The notes below the pieces were generated by a model that searched no databases, was not told the origin of the DNA, and saw only the letters and a list, made by a program, of their open reading frames with translations. Below, one piece after another: positions 26,868 through 31,854 of a stretch of DNA of 31,854 nucleotides. The DNA comes from an uncultured archaeon (lineage in GTDB: Archaea > Altiarchaeota > Altiarchaeia > IMC4 > QMZM01). The stretch covers positions 1 to 31,854 of the forward strand of contig CAZJVE010000014.1 of NCBI GenBank assembly GCA_964549685.1, read 5' to 3'. A program made the position numbers and the translations under genes. Every line of letters begins with the position of its first letter. Within the stretch, counting starts at the first letter, position 1.

Positions 26868-28036
26868 TGGAATACTCGGAAAGAATCAAAAAGATTCCAC
26901 CCTATCTCTTCGCTGAGATAGACAGGGCCATTGAGAAGAAGAGGGGAGAGGGTGTAGACGTAATAAGTCTTGGTGTAGGGGATCCTGACCTTCCCACCCC
27001 GAAAAACATAATCGATGCTCTCCACAAGGCTGCCCAGGAGCCGGAGAATCATCGCTATCCGTCCTACGTCGGGATGCTTCGCTTCAGGGAGGCTGTCGCG
27101 GGATGGTACAAGAGGAGATTCAATGTATCGCTGAACCCTGAGAACGAGGTTGTAACCCTGATTGGCTCGAAGGAGGGTATAGGGCACATCCCACTGGCAT
27201 TCACGAACCCGGGCGACATAAACCTGGTTCCGAGCCCTGCCTATCCAGTCTACAGAATCGGGACAATTCTGGCCGATGGAATTCCCAGAGATATGCCACT
27301 CCTGGAGGAGAACGGGTTCAAGCCGGACCTGTCCAAAATCTCCGGAGATGATGCTAAGAAGGCAAGGCTGATGTTCATAAACTATCCGAATGCCCCCACC
27401 ACAGCAACAGCAGAGAAGGAATTCTTCAGGGAGGTGATTGATTTTGCCAAGGACAATGACATCATTGTCTGCCACGACAACCCATACTCGGAAATGGCCT
27501 TCGACGGCTACAAGGCCCCAAGCTTCCTGGAGATAGAAGATGCCAAGGACGTGGGAGTGGAATTCCATTCCTTGTCAAAGACATATAATATGACGGGCTG
27601 GAGGATTGGTTTTGTTTCAGGAAATGCAGAAATTCTGGCAGGGCTGGGGAAGGTAAAGGAGAACATCGACTCGGGGGCGTTTCAGGCGGTGCAGCTTGCA
27701 GGCGTTGAAGCACTGGAAGGCCCTCAGGACGCCGTAGCAAAGAATATGAAGATTCTCCAGGAGAGGAGGGATGTCATGGTCGATGGCCTGAACGATATCG
27801 GTTTTGAGGTCGACAAGCCAAAAGCCACCTTCTACCTCTGGTTCAAGATTCCCCCCAGTTACAAATCATCCGTTGAATTCTCCCAAGCGCTCCTGGATAA
27901 GACTGGCGTAGTAATGACGCCGGGCGTCGGTTTTGGCGAGTATGGCGAGGGCTATGCCAGGTGTGCGATAACCCAGAACAAGGAGAGGCTGCAGGAGGTA
28001 ATCGACAGAATAAAAAATTCCGACATAGTGAAATGA
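26864..28036 (+). CDS. dapL: LL-diaminopimelate aminotransferase (class I PLP aminotransferase)
   Basis: IPPYLFAEID, LGVGDPDLPTP, LIGSKEGIGH, SLSKTYNMTGWRIG and TPGVGFG. Confidence 0.82.
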   Translation: MMEYSERIKKIPPYLFAEIDRAIEKKRGEGVDVISLGVGDPDLPTPKNIIDALHKAAQEPENHRYPSYVGMLRFREAVAGWYKRRFNVSLNPENEVVTLIGSKEGIGHIPLAFTNPGDINLVPSPAYPVYRIGTILADGIPRDMPLLEENGFKPDLSKISGDDAKKARLMFINYPNAPTTATAEKEFFREVIDFAKDNDIIVCHDNPYSEMAFDGYKAPSFLEIEDAKDVGVEFHSLSKTYNMTGWRIGFVSGNAEILAGLGKVKENIDSGAFQAVQLAGVEALEGPQDAVAKNMKILQERRDVMVDGLNDIGFEVDKPKATFYLWFKIPPSYKSSVEFSQALLDKTGVVMTPGVGFGEYGEGYARCAITQNKERLQEVIDRIKNSDIVK

Positions 28037-28554
28037 TAGTGACGATTGGCGGTTCGGCGGGCTCTGGAACGAGCACCCTTGCGAAGGGGATTGCTGAGAG
28101 ATTCAATCTGAAACATATCTCGGCAGGGTCGATAATGAGGGAGATGGCCGAAGAGAAGGGCATGGATTTGCTGGAATTCTCAAAATTTGCGGAAGAGAAT
28201 TCCCAGATAGACAAGGAGATTGACGAAGGGCAGAAGAAGATGGCGAGCGAGAACTGCGTTGCTGAGGGCAGGCTCTCGGCACATTTTCTTGAACACGACA
28301 TCAGCGTTTGGCTGATTGCTCCACTGGATGTAAGGGCTACGAGAGTGAGCTACAGGGAGAGTATATCCCCTGAAGAGGCTGAGAAGAGGATAACTGAGAG
28401 GGAAGCGAGCGAGAAGAAGCGGTACAGGGAGTTTTATGATATTGACATCTCTGATATGAGCAGATATGACCTAATCCTCAATACCGGGAAATTTGATATC
28501 GACTCCATGGTCAAAATAGTATCATCGGCCATAGAGAGCCTCAGCGATAAGTAA
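28033..28554 (+). CDS. cmk: Cytidylate kinase, archaeal type
   Basis: IVTIGGSAGSGTSTLA, ISAGSIMRE, EGRLS and SEKKRYREFYDID. ATG 28033 overlaps the dapL stop. Confidence 0.92.
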   Translation: MIVTIGGSAGSGTSTLAKGIAERFNLKHISAGSIMREMAEEKGMDLLEFSKFAEENSQIDKEIDEGQKKMASENCVAEGRLSAHFLEHDISVWLIAPLDVRATRVSYRESISPEEAEKRITEREASEKKRYREFYDIDISDMSRYDLILNTGKFDIDSMVKIVSSAIESLSDK

Positions 28555-28580
28555 TTTAAGTAACCCTCCAATATCTTAAT

Positions 28581-29051
28581 ATGAAGGAAAAAGCTCAAAC
28601 CTCGCTGGAATTCCTCATGACCTACGGCTGGGCGATTCTGATAGTTCTTGTCATAGTCGTGGTTGCGTGGCAGTGGGGCTTCTTCAACCCGGGCGGCGCT
28701 GTGAAGAAGGGTTCCTCTGGTTTCTGGGGCGTGAGACCCATTGATTTCAGTTATAACACTGATGGCGATTTGATACTGTCGCTGAAGAACGGGGTCGGCG
28801 GGGGCATTAATATAACGGAGGTCGAGGTAAGGGGCGGGACTATTACATACACAGACCCGATGAGTACCCCATTAAGCATCACTCCGGGACTCCAGAGCAC
28901 CTACTCCCTGTCAGGAAGCACATCAGGGCTCCGGGGCGGGGGCATCGGCTCGAGCTATGACCTGTTTCTCTCGATAGAGTATAACGACTCAAGAACGCAG
29001 GAGTTTTACAGGAGCTCCGGAAAGATATGGGGTTCCATAGAAGGAGCCTAG
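28581..29051 (+). CDS. Class III signal-peptide (type IV pilin-like) protein
   Basis: KAQTSLEFLMTYGWAILIVLVIVVV prepilin motif followed by a beta-rich domain. Confidence 0.82.
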   Translation: MKEKAQTSLEFLMTYGWAILIVLVIVVVAWQWGFFNPGGAVKKGSSGFWGVRPIDFSYNTDGDLILSLKNGVGGGINITEVEVRGGTITYTDPMSTPLSITPGLQSTYSLSGSTSGLRGGGIGSSYDLFLSIEYNDSRTQEFYRSSGKIWGSIEGA

Positions 29052-30526
29052 ACGTATTTTACAGGCTTCGCTGTATCGGCCAGTTCTATCGCATTCTTGA
29101 GTCTTCTGTTTTTTGACGAATATATCGTGAAAAGAGCGTCCCCCCTACCTATAAAATCACCGGGGTTTACATGGAGGTAGAGGCCAGACGTCTTGTCTTT
29201 GGGAGCCCCGGCAGCCCTTGCGATTGCGGAGATTTCCTTGTTATTGATGGATTTTACCCTGCCCTCCCCGTCCGACTTGATTGTCTCCTCCTTCTTACCT
29301 ATCTTTATGTCGTCCGGCTTTATCTCAGGGTTGCCGCCCTGTTCCTCTATAATCTCCATCATCTTTGCCTTTGCCTTCCCGGAGTCAAGAATCCTCTTTG
29401 CAATCTTCCGGCCCGTGCCCTTTTTTGCCTTGTTGGCAAGCTCCAGTAGATTCCCCGCGAGCATTACGGATTTCTTCACAAGACTGATAGAGCCATTGTT
29501 TTCCAGGGAAAGAAGAACGTCCCTTGCCTCAAGAGCGGGCCCTATTCCATTGCCTATGGGAGAAAAGCCGTTGGTGATAACGCAGTCCACCGCAACACCG
29601 AGCCTTTTACCAAGTTCTATGAAATTATGTTTCATCTCATCTGCCTTTTCCGGGTTCGGGACCTTGCTACCAATGCCAACAGGAATGTCTATCAGAATGT
29701 AATCAGAACCAACAGATATCTTCTTCGCCATTACTGATGAGAGCACGTGTCCCTCAGCATCAAGACTGAGAGGATATTCCACCTGGATTATCTTGTCATC
29801 CGCGGGAGCCAGATTTACTGCCCCACCCCATGAAATGCACGCATTAATCTTTCTGACTATCCTCTGGAGCTCCTCAACTCCGAAGTCGACGGGGGCCAAA
29901 ACCTCCATGGTATCTGCAGTCCCTGCCGGAGAGGTGATTGCCCTTGAGCTCGTCTTTGGTATGGTTGCCCCGGCTGCCGCGACTATCGGGACAATCAGCA
30001 TTGTAGTCCTATTGCCCGCAACCCCTCCAATGCAGTGCTTGTCAACTATGTCGTTGCCGAAATCTATCTGCCTGCCTGTCTTGACTATGGCCTCCGTCAG
30101 GAAGACTATCTCATCGAGGTTGTATCCTGCCATATAACCGCCGGTAACGAATGCCGTCAGCTCTATCGAGCTTAGATTATTATCGACCACGTCCTTGATT
30201 ATCAAATATATCTCTTCAGAATTCAGGGTGTAGCCGTCTATCTTCTTCTTTATGAATTCCACGGACTTTGGCCTTTCCGTCGGCTTGAGCATTATCTTGT
30301 CCCCAGCCCTTACCTTCAGGATGTCTGTCACGTCCTTGTAGAGTCCTATCTCGTGTTCATTCACGAAGGACTTTGTGGTATTGGCTATTGCAGTTATCTC
30401 CCTGCCTCTGTAGGACAGAGTGACTCTGCCGGAAACAAAAACTCCAAGAAACTTGGCATCGGCCTCGTTCATAATGACTATGGGCTTTTCAGCTTTTATC
30501 GGATAGCATTTAGCTGTGAATTTCAT
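29048..30526 (-). CDS. AMP phosphorylase (archaeal thymidine phosphorylase family)
   Basis: VDKHCIGGVAGNRTT, KTSSRAITSPAGTADTME, LAPADD, GIGPALEA and ARAAGAPKD, with an N-terminal double-psi-like extension. Confidence 0.93.
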   Translation of the reverse strand: MKFTAKCYPIKAEKPIVIMNEADAKFLGVFVSGRVTLSYRGREITAIANTTKSFVNEHEIGLYKDVTDILKVRAGDKIMLKPTERPKSVEFIKKKIDGYTLNSEEIYLIIKDVVDNNLSSIELTAFVTGGYMAGYNLDEIVFLTEAIVKTGRQIDFGNDIVDKHCIGGVAGNRTTMLIVPIVAAAGATIPKTSSRAITSPAGTADTMEVLAPVDFGVEELQRIVRKINACISWGGAVNLAPADDKIIQVEYPLSLDAEGHVLSSVMAKKISVGSDYILIDIPVGIGSKVPNPEKADEMKHNFIELGKRLGVAVDCVITNGFSPIGNGIGPALEARDVLLSLENNGSISLVKKSVMLAGNLLELANKAKKGTGRKIAKRILDSGKAKAKMMEIIEEQGGNPEIKPDDIKIGKKEETIKSDGEGRVKSINNKEISAIARAAGAPKDKTSGLYLHVNPGDFIGRGDALFTIYSSKNRRLKNAIELADTAKPVKYV

Positions 30527-30552
30527 CCTATGTTATAACTTAATTGACCAGA

Positions 30553-30560
30553 TTTATAAA
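30553..30560. promoter_or_regulatory. Palindromic TATA (TTTATAAA) between divergent genes
   Basis: Lies about 26 bp from ATG 30526 and about 19 bp from ATG 30580. Confidence 0.5.
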
Positions 30561-30579
30561 CTCCTGCTTAATTCTAACT

Positions 30580-30972
30580 ATGGCAACAAGAAAGAAAGCC
30601 AAGAAAGCGGTAAAGAAGAAGGCCGTGAAGAGAGCGGTAAAGAAAAAATCTGCAAAGAAGAAGGGTGTTGAGCTGAAGATTCTCGGCAAGTCGGTACTGG
30701 TTAATGATGACCTCAAGAGGAGGGACCACAGGCTGGGGCTAAGGGCCCCCAAAGCCAATAAGGGTGAGATTCCGTCGTTCTACAGGAAATTTGCATTCAA
30801 GTGCGGCAAGTGCGTGAGTGAATTCAAGCATACTGCCAAGATTCCAGTCATAGAGCAGGGGGTTAAGTGTCCCGAGTGTAATGAAATACACATGATAAGG
30901 ATAATCCCAATTGGGGGACACTACGAGGTGAAGCTCCCGAGAAGCATAAAGGGAGTGAAAGGTAGCAGATAA
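30580..30972 (+). CDS. Hypothetical basic protein: histone-H1-like Lys/Ala tail plus CxxC...CxxC zinc ribbon
   Basis: MATRKKAKKAVKKKAVKRAVKKKSAKKK followed by CGKC...CPEC. ATG at 30580. Confidence 0.72.
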   Translation: MATRKKAKKAVKKKAVKRAVKKKSAKKKGVELKILGKSVLVNDDLKRRDHRLGLRAPKANKGEIPSFYRKFAFKCGKCVSEFKHTAKIPVIEQGVKCPECNEIHMIRIIPIGGHYEVKLPRSIKGVKGSR

Positions 30973-30997
30973 TAAACCCCCTTGCGTAATAGATAAT

Positions 30998-31854
30998 ATG
31001 TTGCTCTTAGATATATTGCTATTTGTTGCATCGTGTGCTCTGCTCGTGGTAAGCACGAGAGTATTGCTCAATTCTCTGGTGAAGATAGCTTCTTACCTTG
31101 AGCTTAAGGAATTCGTTGTCGGTTTTATGTTAATGGCGGTAGCTACCTCACTTCCTGAACTTTTCGTCGGAATTGCTGCCGCATTGGAAAACACATCTGT
31201 GCTATCCCTGGGTAATGTTATAGGCGCCAATATTATGGACCTGACTGTCGTTATAGGGACAGTGGCTTTGCTTTCCAGGGGGATAAAGGCCAGAAGTGAG
31301 ATAGCGAGGAAGGATGCACTCTATATGATGTTGATTGCACTAATCCCCATACTCCTTATGCTTGACCACGTCCTCTCTGTGATTGACGGCGTTATATTGC
31401 TCCTGGCATTTTCAATGTACATGATAAGGCTCTTTGGCCAGAGGAAGGAGTTCAGAAAGACCACAAACCATGTATCAAAAAAGAGTGCCAGAAAAAGTTT
31501 TATCTGGTTTGCGTTTGGAGTTATTGGCCTGCTTATAAGTGCAAAATTCGTTGTGATGTTCGCCACAGCCATTGCAACAGAAATGGCAGTTCCACTGCTG
31601 TTGATAGGTCTCGTGATAGTCGCGATAGGAACAACCCTGCCTGAGTTGGCATTTGAAACCAAGGCTGCAATGTCAGGCTTTGAGGAGATGACCCTTGGCG
31701 ACTTATTCGGGAGCTTGGTTACAAATTCGACACTTGTCCTGGGGATTGTTGCGATTATCAACCCCATAGAGATAGCAAATTTTTCATTGTTTTTGGTGGC
31801 TGCAGGATTCATGTTTTTAACCATGTTTTTGTTTACCATATTCATCAGAAGCGA
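30998..31854 (+). CDS. Na+/Ca2+ exchanger (YrbG/CaCA family), truncated by the window end
   Basis: Not in the ORF track because there is no stop in the window. Manual translation gives MLLLDILLFVASCALLV...ATSLPELFVG...GNVIGANI, with a second alpha repeat GTTLPELAFE. Confidence 0.9.
   Translation, partial: MLLLDILLFVASCALLVVSTRVLLNSLVKIASYLELKEFVVGFMLMAVATSLPELFVGIAAALENTSVLSLGNVIGANIMDLTVVIGTVALLSRGIKARSEIARKDALYMMLIALIPILLMLDHVLSVIDGVILLLAFSMYMIRLFGQRKEFRKTTNHVSKKSARKSFIWFAFGVIGLLISAKFVVMFATAIATEMAVPLLLIGLVIVAIGTTLPELAFETKAAMSGFEEMTLGDLFGSLVTNSTLVLGIVAIINPIEIANFSLFLVAAGFMFLTMFLFTIFIRS

Noticed and set aside
26576-27568. 330-aa ORF on the minus strand
   Set aside because: Antisense shadow of the HAD gene and dapL, with no recognisable motifs.
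28048-28080. Cmk P-loop lacks the canonical lysine (GSGTST)
   Set aside because: Thr at this position occurs in other archaeal cytidylate kinases, so it is not evidence of a pseudogene.

Overview
Gene-dense archaeal chromosomal segment of roughly 45-50% GC (estimated by eye) with about 36 CDSs. I see no rRNA, tRNA, CRISPR array, integrase or transposase. The mix of SepCysS, an Hps-RraA fusion, AMP phosphorylase, YGW-type class III signal-peptide pilins and an FG-GAP surface protein suggests an Altiarchaeota-like anaerobe; this is inference only. Main blocks are: a sulfide-assimilation trio (DUF39-CBS, NIL-ferredoxin, UPF0280) divergent from an HTH-CBS regulator with a palindromic operator; the psmA-SBDS-rrp4-rrp41-rrp42 superoperon; dys and an agmatinase separated by two cation/H+ antiporters, one of them low-GC; a LigD-phosphoesterase / ATP-cone nuclease / nth group; thrS-orf-rpiA-pfdA-ftsY; pscS-PAC2-HAD-dapL-cmk; and AMP phosphorylase. 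The most intriguing locus is 17884-18561. An uncharacterised coiled-coil plus LexA-like winged-helix gene is preceded by helically phased AGTCATGACT palindromes across its TATA box. It is bracketed by an 11-bp direct repeat and followed by a tandem anti-Shine-Dalgarno repeat and a perfect hairpin. GATC is strongly under-represented across the window.
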